Below, one piece after another: positions 8,692 to 20,433 of a stretch of DNA of 64,000 nt. The position numbers and the translations under genes are program-made. The notes beneath the pieces are model-generated. The model ran no database searches, was not told where the DNA came from, and saw nothing but the letters and a program-made list of their open reading frames with translations. Each line of letters begins with the position of its first letter. Position 1 is the stretch's first letter. Source of the DNA: an uncultured Acidobacteriota bacterium (GTDB lineage Bacteria > Acidobacteriota > Thermoanaerobaculia > UBA5066 > Gp7-AA6); NCBI GenBank assembly GCA_963847075.1, contig CAWJYL010000002.1, forward strand, positions 1,608,121 through 1,672,120, written 5' to 3'.

Positions 8692-9564
8692 CTGGCGATC
8701 GCCGCGCTCCTGCTGCTTGCGCCGGACACGGTGCTCGACGCCGTTCGCCGGTCGTTTCTCTCCCAGATCAACACGGCGCGTGCCGAGGCCGGCCGCTCCC
8801 CGCTGCGGCTCTCCGAGGAACTCGGCCGCGCCGCCCAGGCTCGCGCCGACGAGATCGCCGCGCGCGGCGACGCGGACGACCTCATGCTCCCGGGTGACCG
8901 GATCCTTGCGGCCACGCTGCGTGCCGGCTACGAGGCCGACACGCTTCTCCACGTCGTAGCCGAGGGTGAGGGCGACCCTCCCACGGTGGTCGCGTCCTGG
9001 CGCGAGAGGAAGGACGGAACCTGGAAGGACGTTCTCGACGAACGGATGCGCGACCTCGGCGTCGGGAGCGCCTGGCTCGACCGCGAGCCACTCTACGTGC
9101 TCATCCTCGGCATCTCCTCGCGCGACGGCTTCGCGCTCAAGACCGAGGGATTGCGCGACGCGGCCCGCGTCCGCGCGGAGATGCTCGCCACGGTCAATCG
9201 CGAGCGGGCGGCGCACAACGTCCCGCCCGTGCGCGAGAACGCCGTCCTCCAGGCCGCCGCGCAGGGACATGCCGACGACATGCTCGCGCGGTGCTACTAC
9301 GGCCACGACAGCCCCGACGGCGACGCCCCGCTCGCGCGCGCCAAACGCGCGGGCTACGATCCGCAGCGCATCGGCGAGAACATCGCCAGGGGGCAGACTT
9401 CGGTCGCCCAGGTGATGGAAAACTGGATGGCGAGCCCCGGCCACCGCGAGAACATCCTCAATCCGGCCTTCGAGGATGCGGGGTTCGGATTCGCTCTCGG
9501 GAGGCTGCGCGACGGCTACGAGGTCATATGGGTCCAGGCGTTCGGCAAGCTGCTCCCGCCCTGA
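8692..9564 (+). CDS. secreted protein with two CAP/SCP (YkwD-like) domains; start unresolved
   Basis: C-terminal third of shadow ORF 7006..9564. Two repeats of the LNxxRAxxGxxPL...HxxDM...GENI... pattern, ending GENIARGQTSVAQVMENWMASPGHRENIL. A hydrophobic N-terminus NLAIAALLLLAP begins right after the upstream stop, but there is no ATG/GTG/TTG before GTG 8731. CTG 8692 or ATC 8698 are possible starts. Confidence 0.65.
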   Translation: MAIAALLLLAPDTVLDAVRRSFLSQINTARAEAGRSPLRLSEELGRAAQARADEIAARGDADDLMLPGDRILAATLRAGYEADTLLHVVAEGEGDPPTVVASWRERKDGTWKDVLDERMRDLGVGSAWLDREPLYVLILGISSRDGFALKTEGLRDAARVRAEMLATVNRERAAHNVPPVRENAVLQAAAQGHADDMLARCYYGHDSPDGDAPLARAKRAGYDPQRIGENIARGQTSVAQVMENWMASPGHRENILNPAFEDAGFGFALGRLRDGYEVIWVQAFGKLLPP

Positions 9565-9565
9565 T

Positions 9566-10536
9566 CGGCGGCGCGGGTCGTGGCCGCAAACACAACGCAT
9601 GTGCATGTCGAGTACGGGGTCCTTCGTCGCTGCGCTTCTCAGGATGACAGGCAGATCGTGGCCGCAATCGAAACGCATGCCATCCTGAGCGAGCCAGAAC
9701 TCGATCGGAAAAACCGCGTGTCGAGTACGGGGGTCCTTCGTCGCTACGCTTCTCAGGATGACAGGCCGATCGCGGCCGCAATCGAAACGCATGTCATCCT
9801 GAGCGAGCCAGAACTCGATCGGAAAAACCGCGTGTCGAGTACGGGGGTCCTTCGTCGCTACGCTCCTCAGGATGACAGGCCGATCGTGGCCGCAATCGAA
9901 ACGCATGTCATCCTGAGCGAGCCAGAACTCGATCGGAACAACCGCGTGTCGAGTAGGGGGCCTTCGTCGCTGCGCTTCTCAGGATGACAGGCAGATCGCG
10001 GCCGCAATCGAAACGCATGTCATCCTGAGCGAGCCAGAACTCGATCGGAACAACCGCGTGTCGAGTACGGGGTCTTTCGTCGCTACGCTTCTCGGGATGA
10101 CAGGCCGATCGCGGCCGCAATCGAAACGCATGCCATCCTGAGCGAGCCAGAACTCGATCGGAAAAACCGCGTGTCGAGTACGGGGGTCCTTCGTCGCTAC
10201 GCTTCTCAGGATGACAGGCCGATCGCGGCCGCAATCGAAACGCATGTCATCCTGAGCGAGCCAGAACTCGATCGGAAAAACCGCGTGTCGAGTACGGGGG
10301 GCCTTCGTCGCTGCGCTCCTCAGGATGACAGGCAGATCGCGGCCGCAATCGAAACGCATGTCATCCTGAGCGATCCAGAACTCGATCGGAACAACCGCGT
10401 GTCGAGTACGGGGGGCCTTCGTCGCTGCGCTCCTCAGGATGACAGGCAGATCGCGGCCGCAATCGAAACGCATGTCATCCTGAGCGAAGCGAAGGACCCC
10501 GGACTCGATCGGAACGACCGCGTGTCGAGCACGTGG
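9566..10536. repeat. tandem array of about 8.5 copies of a 112-114-bp hairpin-forming repeat
   Basis: The landmark TGTCGAGTAC recurs at 9606, 9719, 9833, 9947, 10059, 10172, 10286 and 10400, with a variant at 10523 (periods 113,114,114,112,113,114,114,123). Each unit carries CTCAGGATGAC...GTCATCCTGAG around the near-palindrome CGATCGCGGCCGCAATCG. The array fills the whole convergent intergenic gap. Confidence 0.9.
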
Positions 10537-10539
10537 CCC

Positions 10540-11778
10540 TCAGCGCGCGAGCTCGATCCCCGCGGTCTCATCCGCAATCGTGATGTCCTGTGGCAGGTGC
10601 CGGCCCTCGACCCAGACGATCGACTGGCTGTCGAGGTCCTTGCGTACGCGATTCACCGCGTGTCGAAATGCCGCGACGGATGAGATGTCGTCGTACTCGC
10701 CCCACGCCGCGGCCGGGATCGCGTGCCCCGTACCCGAGAGCGACCACACGTAGAACGGCACGCGCAGGAGTCCGAGAAACCGCCTCACCGACGCGCGATC
10801 GAGCGTACTCTCGTCCCGATCGCCCTTGCCCAGAACCAGGACCACAGCCCGCCGCGAGCCGCTCGCCACCGCCTGAAGCGCGGCGACTGCCACGGCGTCG
10901 GCGTACTGCCGGGGCTTGAGGGTCTGTTCCGGGTACCCGATCTGCAGCATCAGGTAGGCGAAGCTCATGCCCATCCCCTGAAAGGGCCGCGACGCTTCGA
11001 AGAGGATGTTCAAGCCCTCGACGTCGGGGATCTCCCGGCTCACGGGCCACTGCACCTGGAGCTGGTCCTCGGGGCCGACCTCGGTCCCGTCCGGATGGGC
11101 AAACCGAAGGCTCCCAAGGCGGGCCGACGCCTCGTTTTCCTCGTCGAGACCGCGGACCACGAAGATTGCCGCTGGTCCGCGCTCGACACCGGTCACCTTG
11201 AGGGGCCGGTCGCGCTTGACCAGCCGACCCTCGAGGCTCTCGATGGAAGGGGCCTTCTTCCCCGGCGAACGGATCGCGACGGCCGTCAGCTCGCTGCCGG
11301 CTTCATCGGAGGAGCCTCCGCCGAGCACGCGATCGGCCCGCGAGCGCACGCCAAACGGAAACTCCGCCCGCACCGTGAGTACATGGCCGACCGACGCGTC
11401 GTAGTCCGGCAGATCCACCCGGTGAATGTCGCCGACAGCGATCTCTCGGCCGTCGAAAATCACCGTCACGCGCGACACCAGCCCCAGGCGGCTCGCCCAG
11501 GTCAGGCGGGCCGCAACGGCCTTGCCGAGGGCGTTCTTCTCGAGCAGCACCTGGATCTCGGCCGGCGGCCGTGGCAGATTGATCCACTGCCGCGCCCGGG
11601 CCATCTCTTCGCCCCCGGCATCGAGTGCGCGCGCCACCAGCTCGTGCGGGACGAACTCGCTGCCGAAGTCGACGTCCACCGTCCAGGGCGGCATCAGGCG
11701 ACGGCCGACCTGCCTGCCGTCGAGCTCGAAGACGACCGCGGAGACGGGCCCATCCACGAGGACCGTGACTGGACGCAC
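10540..11778 (-). CDS. hypothetical protein, C-terminal region reminiscent of acidobacterial VWFA-related proteins
   Basis: 412-aa ORF with a GTG start and coherent composition. The C-terminus RRAVVLVLGKGDRDES...LRVPFYVWSL... resembles the VWA-like tail of that family. No strong motif was recognised. Confidence 0.55.
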   Translation of the reverse strand: MRPVTVLVDGPVSAVVFELDGRQVGRRLMPPWTVDVDFGSEFVPHELVARALDAGGEEMARARQWINLPRPPAEIQVLLEKNALGKAVAARLTWASRLGLVSRVTVIFDGREIAVGDIHRVDLPDYDASVGHVLTVRAEFPFGVRSRADRVLGGGSSDEAGSELTAVAIRSPGKKAPSIESLEGRLVKRDRPLKVTGVERGPAAIFVVRGLDEENEASARLGSLRFAHPDGTEVGPEDQLQVQWPVSREIPDVEGLNILFEASRPFQGMGMSFAYLMLQIGYPEQTLKPRQYADAVAVAALQAVASGSRRAVVLVLGKGDRDESTLDRASVRRFLGLLRVPFYVWSLSGTGHAIPAAAWGEYDDISSVAAFRHAVNRVRKDLDSQSIVWVEGRHLPQDITIADETAGIELAR

Positions 11779-11842
11779 ACCGAGGACGAGGCCGAGAATG
11801 AGGGACGCGAAGGTCAGGGAGGCGGAAGCCGTGGGGGCGCCC

Positions 11843-12248
11843 CTACTTGCCGGCGCGGCGCGGCTTCCTCTTGCGGAGCGCGGCCTTCTTCGCGCGCGCG
11901 GGCTTGCGCTTCGTGCCGGCAGTCATCTTGTCGATCCAGGAGGCGAACCCCGGCGAAGCCATGTCCACCTTGTAGCCGAGAACCTCCGGGAGCTCGTAGG
12001 TGTTGACGCGGTGGATGGTCTCGCGCACCGCCTCGAACTGCGAGGCGCGCGTCTTGACGATCAGCAGCATCTCGCCGTCGTCGCAGACACGCCCCTTCCA
12101 GCGGTACACCGAGTGAACATTGGGAATGATGTTGACGCAGGCCGCGCGGCGGCTGCGCACGAGCGCATTCGCGACGTCCAGCGCCTGCTCCTCCGTCCCC
12201 ACGGAGGTGACGACGACGATCAGGTCATCTTTTGCCACTTCAAGGGCA
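11843..12248 (-). CDS. cutA: divalent-cation tolerance protein CutA with Lys/Arg-rich tail
   Basis: Reads VAKDDLIVVVTSVGTEEQALDVANALVRSRRAACVNIIPNVHSVYRWKGRV...LLIVKT...YELPEVL, which is CutA1. GTG at 12248 is the probable start. The longer ORF-track version (to 12445) would run into ssrA. Confidence 0.8.
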
Positions 12249-12337
12249 TTCCATGCCGGGAGGGCTCTCCGTGTCAAGCTTCCCGAGGCGAGTGTTAGAA
12301 TCCCTGTTCGATCTTTGAGCTTCGCGCGACTTGCCGT

Positions 12338-12698
12338 GGGGGCGAAACGGCTTCGACGGGGACGATTGCGCGAGAGGTTGCATGCCGAGGTCTCACCCCT
12401 CCTCGTTAAAGCAGGGTGAAAAATAGTAGCTGCGAACAACAGCAACTTCGCTCTGGCTGCTTAATTAAGTAGCCGCGTTTGCCGGATAGCGCACCCGCCG
12501 CGCTTCGGCCGACGTCGCGAAATGCGGGTGTAGCGGCTCCGGACCCCCGGACGGAGCAGCGAAATCCATTCGGGGTTGCCCTGACGCCGTTTTGCCTCTT
12601 CTCGAGGCGGCGGGGCGAGAACCAAGAAGAGGCTGAGCATGGAGTGGCCTCTCCCGCAGCGCTTCCGGACGCGGGTTCAACTCCCGCCGCCTCCACCA
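12338..12698 (+). ncRNA. ssrA: transfer-messenger RNA (tmRNA, SsrA)
   Basis: The 5' end is GGGGGCGAAACGGCTTCGACGGGG. The 3' end is GGACGCGGGTTCAACTCCCGCCGCCTCCACCA. The acceptor stem GGGGGCG/CGCCUCC contains the G3:U wobble. The internal tag reading frame 12429-12464 (GCT GCG AAC AAC AGC AAC TTC GCT CTG GCT GCT TAA) encodes AANNSNFALAA. Confidence 0.93.
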
Positions 12699-12719
12699 TT
12701 TCATGTTTCCCCAAGTTAA

Positions 12720-12743
12720 GGGCCGGATCGTCCGGCCCTTTTT
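12720..12743 (+). terminator. intrinsic terminator after ssrA
   Basis: GGGCCGGA-TCG-TCCGGCCC followed by T5. Confidence 0.7.
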
Positions 12744-13012
12744 CTCGTGCGGTCCGCTCAACGCCGTTTACCGCTTTGTTCCCGCCGTTCGACTCGGACA
12801 CAGGACGCGGGCACGTGGTTCCAACTCGTTGACCTGTTGTGAACTTCCTGGAGGTTAGAGTCCTACGCGGCTCACCACTCACTCCGGTTGTCGCTGGCAG
12901 CTGATCTCTGCAATTAGGAACATCGCGTCAGGCTGGAATCGGCCGCTTGCGCGCGCGTGACGGAGGCGCAAACTCGTTGACAGGGGGGGCTTCCCTGCGG
13001 AGAATTGCGATT

Positions 13013-13107
13013 GGCGATGGAGTTCGCCTAAACCGCCCGATCGCGCTACGCGAGAAGGCTGATAACTCCTGCACCGGAGGGCACCATGCACGGCGCAGGA
13101 GTTTTTC
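13013..13107 (+). promoter_or_regulatory. fluoride riboswitch (crcB motif) with terminator expression platform
   Basis: Reads GGCGAUGGAGUUCGCCUAAACCGCCCGAUCGCGCUACGCGAGAAGGCUGAUAACUCCUGC. P1 is GGCGA/UCGCC. The loop GGAGUU is complementary to AACUCC (pseudoknot), and the conserved UAAACCGCC...GGCUGAUAA core is present. The terminator ACUCCUGCACCG...CGGCGCAGGAGU plus U5 (13065-13107) shares the AACUCC strand. Confidence 0.8.
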
Positions 13108-13152
13108 TTATGCCCGGCGGTCGCGAAGGCCGGTCACAACCCGAGGTGGCCC

Positions 13153-14368
13153 GTGACTGAAACGTGGTTCCTCGCGGCGATCTGGGTTGGTCTCGCGCTG
13201 GTCGCTGTCCTGATCGCCATCAAGCTCCGAATCTCGACGGCGCTCTCGGAGATCGTCGTCGGAACAGTGGCCCAGCTCGTGATCGGGGCCACTATCGGGA
13301 CGGCCTTCCTCGGAGCAAAGCAGCCCTGGATCACGTTTCTCGCCGGCGCAGGGTCGATTGTCTTGACCTTCCTGGCGGGTGCCGAGCTCGATCCGTCGTT
13401 TTCCGGAAGCGCTGGAAGGAAGCGACCGGAATCGGGCTCATTGGGTTCGTTGCGCCGTTCCTCGGTTGTTCTGCCATCGCGCATTACATGCTCCACTGGC
13501 CAGCGCGGCCGTCCTGGCTCGCCGGTGTGGCGCTTTCGACGACGTCGGTCGCCGTGGTCTATGCCGTCATGCTCGAGCTGGGTCTCAACACGACACCTTT
13601 TGGGAAGGCGATCCTGGCTGCTTGCTTCGTCAACGACCTGGGAACGGTGATCGCGCTGGGTCTGATCTTTGCGCCGTTCACAGTCCGTACCGCAGTCTTC
13701 GTTGGGGTTTCGGTCATCGTTTTTGCCGTCTTGCCATGGTTGACTCCACGTTTCTTCAAGCGCTACGGCGGCCGGGTCTCGGAGCTCGAGGCGAAGTACC
13801 TGCTGCTGCTCTTATTTGGAATGGGAGGCCTTGCCACCTGGTCGGGCAGCGAGGCCGTCCTCCCGGCCTACGTGATCGGCGTGGTGCTGGCGGGTACGGT
13901 GGGAAAGGATCATGTATTGATCCGGCGGCTTCGCACCCTGACTTTCGGGCTCCTCACTCCTTTCTACTTCATCCGCGCCGAATCCTGCGTCTCGGTGCCG
14001 GCGCTGGTGGCGGCGCCGTTCGCCTTCCTCGTCCTTTTCGGAGCCAAATCCGTGAGCAAGTTTGTCGGGGTCTTCCCTGTGGCGAAGCTCTTCCGATATG
14101 GCAAGCAAGAGGCGATCTACACGACGCTTCTGATGTCGACGGGCCTGACGTTCGGCACGATCTCGGCGCTCTTCGGCCTCTCGCATGGCATCATCGATCA
14201 AGCGCAGTACTCTTATCTGGTGGCAGCCGTGATCGCGAGCGCGGTCATTCCGACCGTCATCGCGAATGCGTTTTTCCTTTCCGCGTCACCACCTCCCCAC
14301 GACGATTTCGGAGCCGGAAAGCGGAGGCCGTGGCGGTCGTTAGCCGGCTCGAAGGAGGCAAGGCATGA
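13153..14368 (+). pseudogene. cation:proton antiporter (CPA family), frameshifted
   Basis: Frame A (13153 to ~13398) reads MTETWFLAAIWVGLALVAVLIAIKL...LTFLAGAELDP. The protein continues only in another frame (VFRKRWKEATGIGLIGFVAPFLG... to ...VIPTVIANAFF). It probably shifts to a third frame near the T5 run, ending at TGA 14366-14368, which overlaps the next ATG as ATGA. Confidence 0.75.
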
Positions 14369-14781
14369 AGACGATTCTCGTCGCATTCGACGGGTCCGAG
14401 CAGTCCCGCAAGGCGTTCGAACTCGGGCGGGATATTGCGTCGAAGTTCCGAGCCAAGCTGGTCGTTGTCAGTGTGATTCAGCTTCCCGAACCGGCAATCT
14501 CCGTAGAGATCGACGCCTTGCTCGACGCCGGCAAGACGCAGTTCGCGGAGGAATTCGCGCACCTGGAGACGGCGGCTGCTGGAGCAGGGGCTCGCGTTCG
14601 AGTCGAAAGTGGTCGTCGGCCACCCCGCGGAGCCAACGTTCGTCACGCCGAGGATCTTCACGCGGATCTGATTGTCATGGGCCGTCGAGGTCAAAGACAC
14701 AGGTAACGCGCTGGATCCTGGGCTCGGTGTCTGAACGAGTGTTCGCGTTATGCGCACTGTCCCGTAACGGTCGTGAAGTAG
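14365..14781 (+). pseudogene. universal stress protein (UspA family), multiple frameshifts
   Basis: MKTILVAFDGSEQSRKAFELGRDIASKFRAKLVVVSVIQ is intact. The remaining conserved pieces QGLAFESKVVVGHPAE, RHAEDLHADLIVMGRRG, RWILGSVSERVF and YAHCPVTVVK-stop lie in three different frames. Confidence 0.7.
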
Positions 14782-15058
14782 CCGATGGTCCCGCGAATCT
14801 CTGTGCGCCGACAGAACCGGTTCGGGTTTGCCTGTTGCGATCGAACGCCTCCGCGGCCGCCAGTATCGGTGCCTGCGATGCAATACCGTCTTTTATGAGC
14901 TCGACGAGCTCGACCATGACCTCAGTCGCGAGGGGCCGGGCCCTGACGCCGAGGACGTCCCGCGCTTTGACGAGCCGATGCTCCTGCGATTCTTCTACTC
15001 CGAGGACGTCCGGGAAGGCTGGGGGGAGCGCAGAAGCGTAGTAGAGAGGCACGCCGCC

Positions 15059-17169
<2,111 letters not shown>

Positions 17170-17173
<4 letters not shown>

Positions 17174-18396
17174 GGGGTCGCTCTCCCCGGCCGCAGAGCG
17201 ACGGCACCGCTGAGCTGGAGCGCCGCCGCAACGACGAGGCCGATGGACGGGCTGGCGGGGAAGAGAGACCAAAGCGTGCCCACGAGCGCGCTCGAAACGA
17301 AGTCACCGATGCCGTTCGTGGCAGCGAGCAGCCCCATTCCCACTCCCCGCTGAGCCGGGGCCAGCAGGGACGCCGCGTAGGCCTTCTCGGCGACCTCCTC
17401 GCAGGCAATGTAGAGGCCGGAGCAGACGAACAGGGCGAGCAGTGTTCCCGGTGTCGCGGGCAGCAGCGCGAATCCGGCGGTGGTCGCCGCGGCGAATAGG
17501 TAGCCGACGATGACGACCCGTCGGACGCCCACCCGGTCCGCCAGGGCGCCAATCGGGAGCGCGGCAACCGAGCTGACGGCGTTGTGGAGGACGTAGAGCG
17601 CGATGGCCAGGCTCGCCGCGCTCCACGAGAAGAGAGTTCCTTCCACGTGCTGGGTCACATAGAGAATCAGCAGGGTTCTCGAGAAGTCCCCGCACCCGAA
17701 GATCAGGATCGCCACGAGATATCTGTGGAAGGGTCTTCCCGTCCCGGCGAGGTGCATTCGCAGCGTCTTACTTGCCGCGGGGTGCCGGTTGGGGCGTTCG
17801 GTGACGAGGACCGCGATGGACAGGAACGCGAGAAGTCCGGGCAGAAGCGAGACGAACATGACGTGCCGGCTGGAGACGCCCCGGGCCAGCAGGACCACGG
17901 CGAGAAGCGGCCCGATGACGGCCCCGAGAGCGTCGCCGGCGCGTTCCATGCCGAAGGCCTTGCCGACGGCTTCGGGCGGCGCCGCCTCCGAAACCAGAAC
18001 GTCCCGGGGTGCAGAACGGGTGCCGCGGCCGACCCAGGCCGCGACCCGACACAGCATCACTTGCCAGGCAGTCGCGCAGAGGCCGATCGCGGCTATTCCA
18101 ACTGCGGTCACGAGGTATCCGATGGAGGCGAGGGGCTTGCGCCGCTCGACGCGGTCCGTCATGACGCCGCCCCAGAGCTTGGCAATTGCAGAGAGCCCAT
18201 CCGCGCTGCCCTCGATCCAGCCGAGCGCTGCCGGTCCGGCCCCGAGGGTGAGAAGGAATGATGGAAGAACGGCCGTCGCCAGCTCGTGCGAGACGTCCGA
18301 GAAGAGGCTTGCGAGCGCCGCCCCGAGAGTGGAGCGGTTGAGCCATCCACTGGGTGCCGCTCCGGAGGGTAACCCGTGCAGGGCCCTGCGCCTCAC
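17170..18396 (-). CDS. MFS transporter
   Basis: Intact 408-aa ORF with about 12 predicted TM segments and MFS-like loops (GGVMTDRVERRKP, GALADRVGVRR). GTG 18396 overlaps the upstream stop as GTGA. Confidence 0.8.
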
Positions 18397-20433
18397 CGTT
18401 CGACTTCCACGGGTTCCCGAGATTCCTCGATCTGACTCAACTCGGCGATTATGGCTTCCTGGTCCGCTGCGCCGCCCGACTCAGTCAGCCTGCGAGCGCG
18501 CGCCCGTAGTGGTTCCGATTGGGTCGCGAACCGGGCGGCCAAAGCGCCGAGCGACCGGTGCAGCCATTCCCGAGATTGGTTGACGAACGAGCTGAACGAT
18601 AGATAGAGAGGGCCATTCACCACGGCGAAGAGCCGGGCTGCGATGCGCTTCTCGAGGAGCGAGGGGAAGGGCTTCAGCCATGCCGGTCGCCGGATCTCAA
18701 TCCGATCGAGCTCGGGGGGCAGGACCAGGACGGGTTGCGTGACGAGGTCGACGGTGAGGTCCTCCGGCTGGGTCGGCTGCCCGCCGAGGCCTTTTGCCAT
18801 CTCCGCCAGGATCGTTCGGAGCTGATCGCGGGTTTCCATCAGCTCGGTTCGTATGGCCGCCCTCGTCTCTTCTCCAGCGCCGAGGATCGTCTCGCGGACT
18901 CGTTGCCGGTCGGTGTCGCCCTGGTTTCCCGGTCCGGGCAAGCGCTCAACGACGTCGCGGGCAGCAGCGGCCAGTACGTCTGGCGTTTGACTCCTGGCGT
19001 GGTCGAAGAGTCGCTCGCAGGACCTTCCCGGCTTCCTGGAAACGCCCCTCGGCCTCGAGGGCGAGCTGTTCGACGGGCGCTCGGGGTCGGTCTCGGTCAT
19101 TCGACGCGGCTCCCGGCGTGCTCTTGAGCAGGGCGCGGAGTGACGCCCCCACGCCCTCGCGGAGGCCCGCGAGCTTGCGCCGCGCCGAGGCATCCGCGAG
19201 CTCCTTCGCCCGCGCGCAAAGCGGCGCGATCTCGCGGTCGAACCATTCATGCGCGAGCGCGGCACCTGCCCCCACGCTGCTGACGAGGTGCACGGGCAAA
19301 TCGAGGCCGAGCCCCTCGGCGATCTGTTTCCTCACGTACGCGCGCAAGGCGAGCCTGTCCGGCTCCGAAACTAGGTCCGCCTTGCTCAGCACGGCCATTC
19401 CGGGAATCCCCGAGTCGTAGAGGCGTCTCAGGATGTCGAGATCCTCCAGCCCCGGCGAGCTCGCCGCGTCGAGAAGCACAATGCCGAGGTCGCAGCGTGG
19501 AAGATAGGCATACGACTCTCTCGCGCCGGACGTCGCCAGAGAACCGACGCCCGGCGTGTCGACGAACACGACGCCGTTAGCAAGCTGCGGAGAGGGAAGG
19601 CGTACGAGCGCCCGCACGACATGCTTTGAGTTGCCAGGGTTCCCGGCTTCGGACACGTACTCCGTCAGCTGCTCCAAGGGGCCGCGTTCGTCGGGCGCGT
19701 CGGCGAAGCGAATCTCGATCTCTGGGGGTTCGCCCCAGGCGACGCGAGTCGGCACGGCCGTCACCGGCGTGACGCCAACGGGCAGCGCCGCGATTCCGAG
19801 GGCGGCGTTCAGGAGCGACGACTTGCCGGAGCTCACGCGTCCGAAGACGGCGATTTCGAACGTCTGAGACTCGAGGTGCTCCAGGAGGGACTCGAGTGTC
19901 CCCTGGAACTCCACGAGACCTCGGTTCCGAATGATGCGTTCGAGCACTCCGAGCAGACCGAAGTCGGGGCGTGCCTCTTCCAGCCTCTTGAGCCGCGCTC
20001 CGAGGTCCTTGCCGAGGCCCTGCGAGACGTAGGTTCGCAGCCGACGGAGGCTCCGCTCCAAGTCTGCTTCGAGCTGTTCGATCGTTCTGGCCGCATCCTC
20101 GTCGAGCGGCCCGTACCCGAGCAGCCGGTTGGGGGAAACGTCCTGGATCGCGATCTCCGCGAACGAAAGCGTCGTCATGATGGCCCACGAGGAGGCGTTG
20201 CGGGCCGGCTTTATCGGTATGCCAAGCGCCTCGAGGGCGCTGACCAGCCGCGCGCGAACAAGCGCAAGATGGTCGGCGATCACTTTCTGCTGTGCGAGGG
20301 ACAGGTCGGGCTGGAATCGCGCGAAAGGAGACTATCCGCGAGACGCGACGGTCTCTACGTCCACGAGCAGGCCGTCGATGTGCTTGAAGGCATTCGCCAG
20401 CACGCGACGATGGTTGTCGTTCAGGTCAGGCAT
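18393..20433 (-). pseudogene. bacterial dynamin-like GTPase (DLP-1), in-frame TAG plus one frameshift
   Basis: G1 FGRVSSGKSSLLNAALG, G3 VFVDTPGVGS, G4 VLSKADL. ATG 20433 overlaps the DLP-2 stop as ATGCCTGA. The frame contains TAG at 20334-20332, and the ORF track restarts at GTG 20283. The reading frame changes near 19018: EAGKV in one frame, then ERLFDHARSQTPDVLAAAARDVVERL... in another, running to 18393. Confidence 0.7.

Noticed and set aside
7006-9564. A single 852-aa protein
   Set aside because: Only the last ~290 aa (the CAP domains) look like protein. The upstream 560 aa are an Arg/Pro/Ser-rich alternative frame of the two PLP-enzyme genes.
9566-10536. CRISPR array, because of regularly spaced ~35-nt palindromic repeats
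   Set aside because: The sequence between the palindromic cores is itself repeated from unit to unit. The whole 112-114-bp unit is the repeat, so there are no unique spacers. No cas genes are present in the window.
8359-10683. Long ORFs across the tandem array (8359..9906 minus, 9979..10473 minus, 9580..9987 plus, 10171..10683 plus) that encode 38-aa periodic proteins
   Set aside because: They exist on both strands at once. They are interrupted wherever a unit is 112 or 113 bp long. The 8359 ORF also runs antisense through the CAP-domain gene. These are translation artefacts of a non-coding repeat.
12970-13107. A c-di-AMP (ydaO) or Li+/Na+ (nhaA-I, DUF1646) riboswitch upstream of the antiporter
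   Set aside because: These were my first guesses from the gene context. The sequence actually matches the fluoride aptamer nearly position for position (GGCGAUGGAGUUCGCC...AAACCGCC...GGCUGAUAACUCCU), with the expected pseudoknot complementarity.
14782-15058. Coding potential between the USP and enolase remnants (part of minus ORF 14675..15052, or plus ORF 14828..15193)
   Set aside because: I recognised no family signature in either frame. The minus ORF overlaps the USP remnant. The stretch was left unannotated rather than guessed.
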